A program made the translations under genes and the position numbers. Below, in pieces: positions 1-8,100 of a stretch of 48,698 nt of DNA. Source of the stretch: Arcobacteraceae bacterium (GTDB taxonomy: Bacteria; Campylobacterota; Campylobacteria; Campylobacterales; Arcobacteraceae); the NCBI GenBank assembly GCA_029938215.1, contig JAOZVJ010000002.1, positions 1-48,698 of the forward strand, in the 5' to 3' direction. Each line of letters begins with the position of its first letter. Position 1 is the stretch's first letter. A model generated the notes under the pieces. That model saw only the letters and a list, made by a program, of their open reading frames with translations. It did not search any database and was not told the DNA's origin.

Positions 1-239
1 TATCTTCTAAAAATATAGTTGTCGATGGATTATCTGATGAGGAATTATATAAATATATTTTTGATGATAATTTTTCAACAGCAGATAAAATATCTGAAAT
101 ATCAGGTAGAGGAGTTGGTATGAGTGCAATAAAAGCTGAACTTGATAAATTAAATGGAGTATATGAAATTCAAAGTAAAATAAATGTAGGTACGACTATT
201 ATATTTAAGATACCAACAAATCAAAGTTGGGAACAGTAA
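1..239 (+). CDS. C-terminal fragment of a CheA-type histidine kinase (HATPase core); 5' end lies outside the window
   Basis: Open frame from the window edge (codon phase from nt 3) to TAA 237-239. Translation ...IFDDNFSTADKISEISGRGVGMSAIKAELDKLNGVYEIQSKINVGTTIIFKIP carries a CheA-like SGRGVGM G2 box. Confidence 0.6.
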   Translation, partial: SSKNIVVDGLSDEELYKYIFDDNFSTADKISEISGRGVGMSAIKAELDKLNGVYEIQSKINVGTTIIFKIPTNQSWEQ

Positions 240-270
240 AGTATTTGATTGTTTTATTTTTAAATAATTA

Positions 271-306
271 AAAAAGTCAAGTAGAAAAAACTACTTGACT
301 TTTTTA
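271..306. terminator. Bidirectional rho-independent terminator between the convergent kinase gene and atpE
   Basis: Perfect 11-bp stem AAGTCAAGTAG (274-284) / CTACTTGACTT (291-301) with an A6 loop. A-run upstream, T-run downstream. Confidence 0.75.
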
Positions 307-328
307 CTTTAAATTTAAAATTTAAAGA

Positions 329-640
329 TTACCCTAAAAATGGGTTAGCATATAATGCAATTAATGCAATTACAAGTGTATAGATAACTTGAGCTTCAAT
401 CATCGCAAGAGCGATAAACATTGTAGTCATAAGTTTTCCACCCATACCTGGGTTTCTTGCAGTTCCTGCGATTGTAGCAGCAGCAGTATTACCCATACCA
501 ATAGCACCACCCATAGCAGCAATACCAAGACCAACACCAGCAGCTAATACTGAGTAAGCTTGAACCATAGAATCAGCGCCAGCTTCGCTAGCAAATGCAG
601 CAGTTGCAAAAGCAACCATTAAGAATAAAATTTTTTTCAT
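329..640 (-). CDS. atpE: F0F1 ATP synthase subunit c
   Basis: 103 aa, two hydrophobic helices. Gly-rich helix GLGIAAMGGAIGMG, polar loop ARNP, and carboxylate helix ALAMIEAQVIY are typical of c-ring subunits. Confidence 0.92.
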   Translation of the reverse strand: MKKILFLMVAFATAAFASEAGADSMVQAYSVLAAGVGLGIAAMGGAIGMGNTAAATIAGTARNPGMGGKLMTTMFIALAMIEAQVIYTLVIALIALYANPFLG

Positions 641-811
641 TCTGTATCCTTTTAAAATTTGTATTTACAAAGTCTGTTCGGCTTGCGTAACTTGATGTAA
701 CATACACCAAGCAATAACTATATAAATACAGTTATTTCCCTACTTAATACTTTGATTGACTGCATTTTATCTAAAATAATATTATATTAAAATTAAAAAA
801 TGTAATAAAAC

Positions 812-834
812 TAAATAAGACAATTTTTATCTTA
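812..834. promoter_or_regulatory. Candidate operator, copy 1 of a 23-nt motif shared with position 3068-3090
   Basis: TAAATAAGACAATTTTTATCTTA contains the inverted repeat TAAGA-N9-TCTTA. It lies about 20 nt upstream of a TATAAT (854-859) in front of nifS. Confidence 0.45.
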
Positions 835-878
835 GTTAGGTTAAACTTCATTTTATAATATATAAAAAGGAGTTAATC

Positions 879-2075
879 GTGGAAGTATATTTAGACAATA
901 ACTCAACAACACAGTTTGACCCAAAGGTTAAAGAGGTGTTTTGTAGCAGTGTGGATAATTTTGGGAACGCAAATGTTATTCATAATCAGGGCATTAAAAC
1001 AAGAGCAGCATTAAATGAAGCATATGATAAGATTTATGATAGCTTAAATGCAAGCGATGACGATGATATCATATTTACATCTTCAACTACTGAAGGAAAT
1101 AATGCAGTAATAAAAACTTTTTTAGATGCTTTTTTAAGAGGTAGTGAAAAAAATCATATTATTTCAAGTGTAGCAGAACATGCTTCTATTAAGTCGCCAC
1201 TTAATTATTGCAAAAGTTTTGGCATGGAAGTTACATATATAGGGACTGATGAAAATGGTTTGATTCGTCTTGAAGATTTAAAAAATGCAATAACTCCTAA
1301 GACAGCATTGGTAAGTGTCTTAATGGCAAGTAATGAGACTGGTGCTATTCAGCCAATAAAAGAGATGGCTAAAATTTGCCATGGTCGTGATGTTCCATTT
1401 CATAGTGATGGTGCTCAGGCTATTGGTAAGATTAAAGTTGATTTGCAAGATTTGGGAGTTGATTATTTCACTTGGTCTGCACATAAATTTCATGGGCCAA
1501 AAGGAGTTGGTGGATTATTTATAAAAGCAAAGGCTCCATATGTGCCATTGATTCATGGAAGTAAAAATGTGATGGGTGGGAAAAGAGCAGGAAGTCTTTA
1601 TAATAATGGAATATTTGCAATGGCAGAAGCTATAAAAATATCCAACTCTACTATGAATATCGCTTATATTGAAAATCATACGAAAGTTTTAAGAGATAAA
1701 TTAGAAGCTGAAATTTTAAAAATACCTGATACGAAATCTTATGTACCAAAAGAATATAGACTAAACAATATTGTTGTCGTTTCTTTTAGAGGAATAGAAG
1801 GTGAAGCAATGCTTTGGGATATGAATGAAAATGGTATTTATATTTCAACTGGAAGTAGCTGTAGTAGTGAAGATTTGGAAGCTAGTGCTGTTGTAGAAGC
1901 TTTGGGAGAAAAGACAGAGATAGCAAATGCAACTGTTATGTTTGCACTAAGTAAGTTTACAACCGAAGAAGAGATTGATTATGTTGTTGAAAAGCTTAAT
2001 GTGATAGTAAAAAGAATTAGAGAAATATCTATGACTTACGCTAAGCAAGATGCATTTTCAGTACATTTACATTAA
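879..2075 (+). CDS. nifS: NifS-type cysteine desulfurase (PLP-dependent)
   Basis: GTG start 6 nt after AAGGAG. N-terminus VYLDNNSTT, PLP-lysine motif SAHKFHGPKG, and active-site Cys loop STGSSCSS. Immediately followed by nifU. Confidence 0.92.
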   Translation: MEVYLDNNSTTQFDPKVKEVFCSSVDNFGNANVIHNQGIKTRAALNEAYDKIYDSLNASDDDDIIFTSSTTEGNNAVIKTFLDAFLRGSEKNHIISSVAEHASIKSPLNYCKSFGMEVTYIGTDENGLIRLEDLKNAITPKTALVSVLMASNETGAIQPIKEMAKICHGRDVPFHSDGAQAIGKIKVDLQDLGVDYFTWSAHKFHGPKGVGGLFIKAKAPYVPLIHGSKNVMGGKRAGSLYNNGIFAMAEAIKISNSTMNIAYIENHTKVLRDKLEAEILKIPDTKSYVPKEYRLNNIVVVSFRGIEGEAMLWDMNENGIYISTGSSCSSEDLEASAVVEALGEKTEIANATVMFALSKFTTEEEIDYVVEKLNVIVKRIREISMTYAKQDAFSVHLH

Positions 2076-2089
2076 AAAGGAAAAATATT

Positions 2090-3070
2090 ATGGCAAGAGA
2101 TGATTTAATAAGCGGAAATGTCTGGGAGCAATATAGCCAAAAAGTTCAAGATAGAATGAACAATCCAAAAGCAATGGGAGAACTTAATCAAGCAGATGCA
2201 GATGCAAAAGGCGCAAGGCTAATAGTCGCTGATTTTGGTGCAGAATCTTGCGGTGATGCTGTAAGACTATTTTGGTTGGTTGATGAAGCTACTGATGCGA
2301 TTATTGATAGTAAATTTAAATCTTTTGGTTGTGGAACTGCTATTGCTTCTAGTGATGCTATGGCAGAACTTTGTATAGGAAAAACTGTTGATGAGGCTAT
2401 AAAAATTACAAATAAAGAAGTTGAAGCATTTTTAAGAGATGATGATGGAACTCCTGCTGTTCCTCCTCAAAAAATGCATTGTAGCGTAATGGCTTACGAT
2501 GTTATACTTGAGGCTGCTGCTCAATATAAAGGTGTCGAGCGAAGCATTTTGGAAAATCAAGATATAGTTTGTGAATGCGCAAGAGTTACAAAACAAGAAG
2601 TTGTTGATGCAATTAGAAATAACAATCTAACAACAGTTGAACAAATTGGAGAAATAACAAAAGCTGGAACATTTTGTAAAAGTTGCATAAGACCAGGTGG
2701 CCATGAAGAAAAAGATATTTATTTAGTAGATATTTTAGAAGATACAAGAGCTCAAATAGATAAGGAAAAATTAGAGGTTGCCGCTAATACAACACAAAGT
2801 GGAGAAATGAGTTTTGGTAAAATGACAATTGTTCAAAAAATTAAAGCTATTGATGTAGTGATAGATGAATACATAAGACCAATGTTAGTAATGGATGGTG
2901 GAGATATGGAGATAATTGATATAAAAGAAAATCTTCCGTATTTTGATATTTATATTAGATATTTAGGTGCTTGTGGAAGTTGTCCTAGCGGAGCTACAAG
3001 TACGCTTTACGCTATTGAAACTACACTTAAACAAAAAGTAAATGAAAATATTAGAGTATTACCTATTTAA
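2090..3070 (+). CDS. nifU: NifU Fe-S cluster scaffold (three-domain type)
   Basis: IscU-like N-domain cysteines (ESCGD, FGCGTA, MHCSV), central BFD-like CxC...CxxC (CECARV...FCKSC), and a C-terminal NifU domain GACGSCPS. Confidence 0.92.
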   Translation: MARDDLISGNVWEQYSQKVQDRMNNPKAMGELNQADADAKGARLIVADFGAESCGDAVRLFWLVDEATDAIIDSKFKSFGCGTAIASSDAMAELCIGKTVDEAIKITNKEVEAFLRDDDGTPAVPPQKMHCSVMAYDVILEAAAQYKGVERSILENQDIVCECARVTKQEVVDAIRNNNLTTVEQIGEITKAGTFCKSCIRPGGHEEKDIYLVDILEDTRAQIDKEKLEVAANTTQSGEMSFGKMTIVQKIKAIDVVIDEYIRPMLVMDGGDMEIIDIKENLPYFDIYIRYLGACGSCPSGATSTLYAIETTLKQKVNENIRVLPI

Positions 3071-3090
3071 ATAAGACAATTTTTATCTTA
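3068..3090. promoter_or_regulatory. Candidate operator, copy 2 of the 23-nt motif
   Basis: Identical 23 nt TAAATAAGACAATTTTTATCTTA. It starts on the nifU stop codon and sits 45 nt upstream of the next gene (start 3136). Confidence 0.45.
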
Positions 3091-3135
3091 TTTAAGATAT
3101 TATTTCAAAACAAATTAAAAATTAGGAGAAAATAA

Positions 3136-3480
3136 ATGAGTTTATTACCAGAAAATGCGGAGAAGGTTGAAGTAGCAGGGGCAACAGTTGATTTTTTTAA
3201 ATATATACAAGATGGTTTAACAACATACCAATTTGATACAAGTAAATGCGGACCACCAGATCCTATGGTAAATGCAATGGCTGGACTTCAAGTGCTTGAT
3301 GATAATTCACAATTAATTATGTACAATCACAAAGCACCAGCAGGATTATTTCCAAAAATTGAAGCTCAGTATGATTATACAGCTGAAGATTTAGATATTG
3401 GAATAGCAAAAATGGTATTTACTAAAAAAGGCGGAGCTAAAGCTAATACAGATTTTAATAACAATAGTTGTAATGGGTAA
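3136..3480 (+). CDS. DUF2249 / TusA-fold-like small protein
   Basis: 114 aa with RBS AGGAG. The segment FDTSKCGPPDPMVNAMAGLQVLDDNSQLIMYNHKAPAGLFPKI resembles the DUF2249/TusA CPxP-helix and 'hdr-P-pL' pattern, recalled from memory. Confidence 0.55.
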   Translation: MSLLPENAEKVEVAGATVDFFKYIQDGLTTYQFDTSKCGPPDPMVNAMAGLQVLDDNSQLIMYNHKAPAGLFPKIEAQYDYTAEDLDIGIAKMVFTKKGGAKANTDFNNNSCNG

Positions 3481-3487
3481 TAAGTAG

Positions 3488-4720
3488 ATGGCAGTATCTA
3501 CTGATTTTGCCCCACCTTTTAAATTAATAGCACCTTATTTTGTAATAGGTGCTATTTTTTTTGTCTTTAGCGTGGCTTTACTTTTTGGTTTTGATATTTC
3601 AAATTTAAACAGTATGGACAGTCACACTTTATCGTGGGTTCACATATTTTTGCTTGGATTTGTGATGATGGTTATATTTGGAGCAATGGCACAATTAGTG
3701 CCAGTGGTACTTGAAGTTGGACATTTTGCAGTAGATATATATTATATAATTTATCCATTATTATTTATAGGTACTATTCTTATGGGATATGGTTTTTTAT
3801 ATAGTCCTGAACTTTTGCCTTACGGAGGTGTTGTTGTTCTCGTATCTTTACTTGTATTTGTATTTGAAACTTTTATGACAATTAAAAAAGTAAAAAAATT
3901 TAATCTTGTTATGGTTAGTGTGGTTATAGCAAATATATTTTTATTTTTGGGATTAATCTTTGGAATAATGATGGCATTAGGTTATGCTGGAACTATTAGC
4001 GTAGATATTATGTCTTTGTTAAAAGCACATATATATTTAGTGCTTGGCGGTTATGTTGGAATTACGATTATGGGAATGAGTCTAATACTTCTTCCTATGT
4101 TTTGGCTTTCACATAGTTTTAGTTGGCGACCAGTAGAATACGCACTTACTATTATGAGTGTTGCAGTTGTAGTTGTTATGCTTTCATCTATTTTTGATAG
4201 CAATATACTAGAATACGCAGGTTATATTTTAAGTATTATAGCTTTATGTTTGTACTTTTATCAAATTTATATTATCTATAAGACAAGGGTAAGATTGGAT
4301 AAGGATATATATTTGTATTCTCTTTTATTTTCTTATGTTTGTTTGGCATTAGTTTTAATTATGGGCGTAATATATTTGTTTTATCCAAATACAAGTTTAT
4401 TACTAACTATTGGGTGGATTTTATTTTTTGGCTATATTACTTTTGTAATAACTGGACATTTATATAAGATAGTTCCATTTTTGGTTTGGTATGAAAGATT
4501 TGCTCCTCTTATTGGAAAACAAAAAGTTCCAATGCTTGCGGATATGGTACCAGAAAGAAGTGCAAAATTTCAATTTGCTTTTAGTGCATTAGGCGTAACA
4601 ATTTGTGCGATAGGAATATTTTTTGGAATTAATGATATTTTTAAAGCGGGCGTTAGTTTTTTGCTTGTAGGTAGTATATTTATGGTAAAAGATTTAATGT
4701 ATATGATAAATTTTAAATAA
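3488..4720 (+). CDS. Polytopic (about 12-TM) membrane protein, possibly NnrS-like; paralogue of 6134-7408
   Basis: 410 aa and almost entirely hydrophobic helices. Conserved His-containing helices: WVHIFLLGFVMMVIFGAMAQLVPV, AHIYLVLGGYVGITIMGMSLILLPMF, GHLYKIVPFLVWYERF. Confidence 0.5.
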   Translation: MAVSTDFAPPFKLIAPYFVIGAIFFVFSVALLFGFDISNLNSMDSHTLSWVHIFLLGFVMMVIFGAMAQLVPVVLEVGHFAVDIYYIIYPLLFIGTILMGYGFLYSPELLPYGGVVVLVSLLVFVFETFMTIKKVKKFNLVMVSVVIANIFLFLGLIFGIMMALGYAGTISVDIMSLLKAHIYLVLGGYVGITIMGMSLILLPMFWLSHSFSWRPVEYALTIMSVAVVVVMLSSIFDSNILEYAGYILSIIALCLYFYQIYIIYKTRVRLDKDIYLYSLLFSYVCLALVLIMGVIYLFYPNTSLLLTIGWILFFGYITFVITGHLYKIVPFLVWYERFAPLIGKQKVPMLADMVPERSAKFQFAFSALGVTICAIGIFFGINDIFKAGVSFLLVGSIFMVKDLMYMINFK

Positions 4721-4746
4721 TTTAAGATAATAAAAAAGGATAAAAT

Positions 4747-5052
4747 GTGATAACTAAAGAAGAAATATATAAGGCAATATCGACTGTAAATGATCCAGAA
4801 GTTGGATTTAATTTAGTAGAAATGGGTTTGATTTATGATGCAACTTGCGATGAGAATTATAATGCAAAAGTAACTATGACTTTAAGTACGAAAGCTTGTC
4901 CGCTACATCAAATGATTGTTCAATGGGTAGAAGAAGCAGTGTTAAGAGAAATTGAAACTATTCAAAATGTAGAAGTAGAAGTAGTGTGGGAACCAGCTTG
5001 GAATATATCTATGGCATCTGATGAGGTAAAAGCTAAATTAGGTGGCTCTTAA
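4747..5052 (+). CDS. DUF59 (SufT/MIP18-like) Fe-S assembly-associated protein
   Basis: GTG start 6 nt after AAGGA. 101 aa with ITKEEIYKAISTVNDPEVGFNLVEMGLIYD..., the hallmark DUF59 N-terminal motif. Confidence 0.75.
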   Translation: MITKEEIYKAISTVNDPEVGFNLVEMGLIYDATCDENYNAKVTMTLSTKACPLHQMIVQWVEEAVLREIETIQNVEVEVVWEPAWNISMASDEVKAKLGGS

Positions 5053-5077
5053 TTAAAAAAATAAAAAAGGAAGTATT

Positions 5078-5671
5078 TTGAAATATCCAAAATTTTTTGA
5101 TGAAATAGAAACTATAAAAACACAAGATGATTTATCAGATTTTTTAGGCACATTTGAAGATGGTTTAATAGAATTTAGTTATCTTGATGTTGTAAAAAGT
5201 GCTGGACATAGTTGCCCTACGCTTGCAGGTGCATATATTATGGCTTTAGAAGGTTTAAAGGCACTCTACAAGGATGAGACTCCAGTACGAGGTGAGATTT
5301 TTGTTTCATTTAGTGATGATGCTAAAAATGGAGTTGCTGGAGTTATCGCAAATGCAATAACGCATATTACTGGAGCTACAATAACTAGCGGATTTAAAGG
5401 TATTGGCGGAAATTTTGTAAGACATAGTTTGATGGAATTTAATGCAAATATTAGTTCAGATGTAAAATTTCAAAGATTAGATAATGGCGAAAGCGTTGAA
5501 GTAACTTATGATCCAAGTAGTATTCAAGAAAATCCTTTGCAAAGAGAACTTATGCAAAAAGTTATGCAAGGTATAGCAACAAAAGAAGAAAAGATAAGTT
5601 TCGGTAAACTTTGGCAACAAAAAGTTGAAAATATATTTAAAAATATTGATAAAGTAATTACGGTTAAATAG
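5078..5671 (+). CDS. FmdE-domain-like protein
   Basis: TTG start after AAGGAAG. 197 aa. SAGHSCPTLAGAYIMALEGLKAL resembles the FmdE HxCPG-helix motif. Confidence 0.5.
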   Translation: MKYPKFFDEIETIKTQDDLSDFLGTFEDGLIEFSYLDVVKSAGHSCPTLAGAYIMALEGLKALYKDETPVRGEIFVSFSDDAKNGVAGVIANAITHITGATITSGFKGIGGNFVRHSLMEFNANISSDVKFQRLDNGESVEVTYDPSSIQENPLQRELMQKVMQGIATKEEKISFGKLWQQKVENIFKNIDKVITVK

Positions 5672-5680
5672 GATAATAAA

Positions 5681-6130
5681 ATGGCAATTTTAAGTGAATT
5701 TATGAAAAATGACCATAGATCTTGTGATGCTGGTTTTGCAAATATGGAAAATGCTGTTGCAGATGAGAACTGGACAAATGCCAGAAAACAATTTGAAAAA
5801 TTTGCAAGTGATTTATTGCATCATTTTGATATGGAAGAAGAAGTTATGTTTCCAGCTTTTGAAGCAAGAAGTGAGAATGCACATTGTAATCCAACTCCAA
5901 TGATGATTATGGAGCATGAACAAATGAGAAATTTAATAAAACAAATGAGAAACGATATAGAATCTAAGGATAAAAATCATTTTTTTGGTTTAAGTGAAAC
6001 TTTGATGATGGCTATGCAACAGCATAATATGAAAGAAGAGCAAATGATGTATCCAATGATTGATGATGCAATGGACAATGAAAGTAAAATGTTGCTTGAT
6101 AGTATGAAAGATTTTCCAAGAAAAGATTAA
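5681..6130 (+). CDS. Hemerythrin-like (HHE cation-binding) di-iron protein
   Basis: 149 aa. Contains MKNDHRSCD, LLHHFDMEEEVMFPAFE and MMIMEHEQM: His/Glu ligand spacing on a four-helix hemerythrin pattern. Confidence 0.8.
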   Translation: MAILSEFMKNDHRSCDAGFANMENAVADENWTNARKQFEKFASDLLHHFDMEEEVMFPAFEARSENAHCNPTPMMIMEHEQMRNLIKQMRNDIESKDKNHFFGLSETLMMAMQQHNMKEEQMMYPMIDDAMDNESKMLLDSMKDFPRKD

Positions 6131-6133
6131 ATT

Positions 6134-7408
6134 TTGTTTCAAGGCTTATCAACTAATCAAGCACCTCCAATAAGTGTACCTTTTAGATTTTTTTTAACTG
6201 CACCTTTATTTGGTATTTTAATATCTTTCGTTTTTTTTAATTTTCCAGCAGAAGAAATATTCAATAGATATTCTCCTGTTGCTATTGGAACTATTCATCT
6301 TTTTACTTTAGGAATTTTATCACAGATTGTATTTGGTGCATTACAACAAATGCTTCCAGTTTTGGCCGGTGTTGTTATTAAAAAGCCACTTATTTTTGCT
6401 AATATTGTACATACAACTTTAACTTTTGGAACTTTATTTTTAAGTTGCGGATTTATATTTTCACAAGAATTATTATTTCCAATTGGGGCAGGGTTGTTAT
6501 GTATCGCTTTTGGTTTCTTTTTCTTTGTGATAATTAGACTTTTATTTAAAGTAAAATATATTACAAGCACTGTAAATGCTATGAAAATATTTGCATTAGC
6601 TGGGTTGGTCACTGCTTTAATAGGAATTTATTTGATATGGCAATATATAGATGTAAATATTAATTCTTATCATTATTTAATTACAAATATCCATATTTTA
6701 TTTGCTAGTTTTGGATTTGCTATTATATTGATAATGGGTGTAGCTTTTCAAGTAATTCCTATGTTTTATGTGGCAAAAGATTTTCCAAAATTCATACAAA
6801 ATAAATTTCCAAGAGTTTTATTTTGTATGATGATTTTATGTGCAATTTTTATAATTTTAAAACAAGATATAAGCATAATAAAATTTATTATATCTTTTAT
6901 GATTATAATATTTGCATTATATGGATTAAATAGTTTAAATAATAGAAAAAGATTAGTTTCTGATGTAACACTATGGTATTGGAAATTTTCATTTTATTCT
7001 TTAATTGTATCAATGTTGATTTTTGTAACACAGTTTTATAAGTCTGACAGTCTTTTGGCGATAATTTTTATATTTGGTTTTTTATATCCATTACTGCAAG
7101 GTATGATTTATAAAATTATTCCATTCTTATCTTGGTTTCATCTGAGTAGTCGCGGTTATTTTTCTATACCAAATTTAAGAGAATATATAAAAGAAGATAG
7201 TATTAAAGTGCAGTTCTATATTTATGTTTCCTCTTTTTGTTTCTTTGTTTTAAGTATATTTTTCAACCAATTATTTTTATATATAGCATCATCTTTATTT
7301 ATGATATCAAATTTAATGTTTTTATTTAATATGATAACTGCAATTTTAAAATATCGTAAAATTTCAAAAACAAATCCAATGGATATTTTTAATATGAGTA
7401 ATAAATAA
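6134..7408 (+). CDS. Polytopic membrane protein, paralogue of 3488-4720 (possibly NnrS-like)
   Basis: TTG start 3 nt after the hemerythrin stop. 424 aa. Motifs parallel the first copy: IHLFTLGILSQIVFGALQQMLPVL, IHILFASFGFAIILIMGVAFQVIPMF, GMIYKIIPFLSWFHLS. Confidence 0.5.
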   Translation: MFQGLSTNQAPPISVPFRFFLTAPLFGILISFVFFNFPAEEIFNRYSPVAIGTIHLFTLGILSQIVFGALQQMLPVLAGVVIKKPLIFANIVHTTLTFGTLFLSCGFIFSQELLFPIGAGLLCIAFGFFFFVIIRLLFKVKYITSTVNAMKIFALAGLVTALIGIYLIWQYIDVNINSYHYLITNIHILFASFGFAIILIMGVAFQVIPMFYVAKDFPKFIQNKFPRVLFCMMILCAIFIILKQDISIIKFIISFMIIIFALYGLNSLNNRKRLVSDVTLWYWKFSFYSLIVSMLIFVTQFYKSDSLLAIIFIFGFLYPLLQGMIYKIIPFLSWFHLSSRGYFSIPNLREYIKEDSIKVQFYIYVSSFCFFVLSIFFNQLFLYIASSLFMISNLMFLFNMITAILKYRKISKTNPMDIFNMSNK

Positions 7409-8046
7409 TGCAACAATTTAGTAGATGTAAAAGTTTATTTGGTGATAATTTTCAAAAATTACAAAAAGCTAAAATAATTATTTTAGGTGTCGGAGGAGTC
7501 GGTGGTCATGCTCTTGATTGTCTTTATAGAAGCGGTGTGCAGGATATTACAATAGTTGATTTTGATAAATATGAATTAACAAATCAAAATAGACAAATAG
7601 GAAGTGATGCGATTGGTATATCTAAAGTTGAACATTTGAAAGTTTTATATCCAAATATAAAAATAATTTCACAAAAGATAGACTTACAGTGGGTTGAAGA
7701 TTTTGATATGTCTGAATTTGATTTGATTTTGGATGCAATAGATGATATAAAACCAAAAATACAAATTATTAAGAAGTATTATGAAAAACTAATTAGTACA
7801 ACCGGAAGTTCAAAAAGACAAGATCCAACAAAAATAGAATATATAAATATTTTTCAAACATATAGCGACCCATTTGCGAAAAGAATTAGAAAAGAATTAA
7901 AAAAAGAGAATTTTGATAAAGATTTTAAAGTAATTTTTAGTAGTGAAGAACCAAAATGTAAAGATATGGGAAGCTTTATTGGGGTTACTGGCTCATTCGG
8001 TCTCTTTATGTGCTCTGTTGCGGTTGATAAATTACTTAACAAATAA
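7408..8046 (+). CDS. tcdA: tRNA threonylcarbamoyladenosine dehydratase (ThiF/MoeB E1-like, TcdA/CsdL family)
   Basis: 212 aa with Rossmann motif ILGVGGVGGHALDCLYRSGVQDITIVDFDKYELTNQNRQ. The ATG shares one nt with the upstream TAA (TAATG at 7406-7410). Confidence 0.75.
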   Translation: MQQFSRCKSLFGDNFQKLQKAKIIILGVGGVGGHALDCLYRSGVQDITIVDFDKYELTNQNRQIGSDAIGISKVEHLKVLYPNIKIISQKIDLQWVEDFDMSEFDLILDAIDDIKPKIQIIKKYYEKLISTTGSSKRQDPTKIEYINIFQTYSDPFAKRIRKELKKENFDKDFKVIFSSEEPKCKDMGSFIGVTGSFGLFMCSVAVDKLLNK

Positions 8047-8100
8047 TTAAGTATTTAAACGATAAAATTTACCCATATGAACTAACAAAAGGAATATAAA

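Noticed and set aside
3068-3090. Considered the shared 23-nt motif as the nifU transcription terminator.
   Set aside because: The potential stem is only 5 bp (TAAGA/TCTTA) with a 9-nt loop and no U-tract. The identical copy upstream of nifS cannot be a terminator for anything convergent. An operator reading is preferred.
5709-5903. 64-aa plus-strand ORF in an alternative frame.
   Set aside because: It is nested inside the hemerythrin gene in another frame. It has no RBS and a low-complexity translation.
6295-6612. 105-aa minus-strand ORF, and similar short minus-strand ORFs at 7222-7416, 7854-8042, 8419-8625, 10670-10903 (plus-strand, antisense to topA), 11852-12049, 13062-13265, 18867-19088, 23194-23394, 25375-25614, 38648-38860, 39762-40097, 42068-42250, 44997-45248 and 47278-47526.
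   Set aside because: All are antisense to, or overlap, confidently identified genes. In AT-rich genomes such stop-free antisense stretches are common, and none shows a recognisable motif or RBS.
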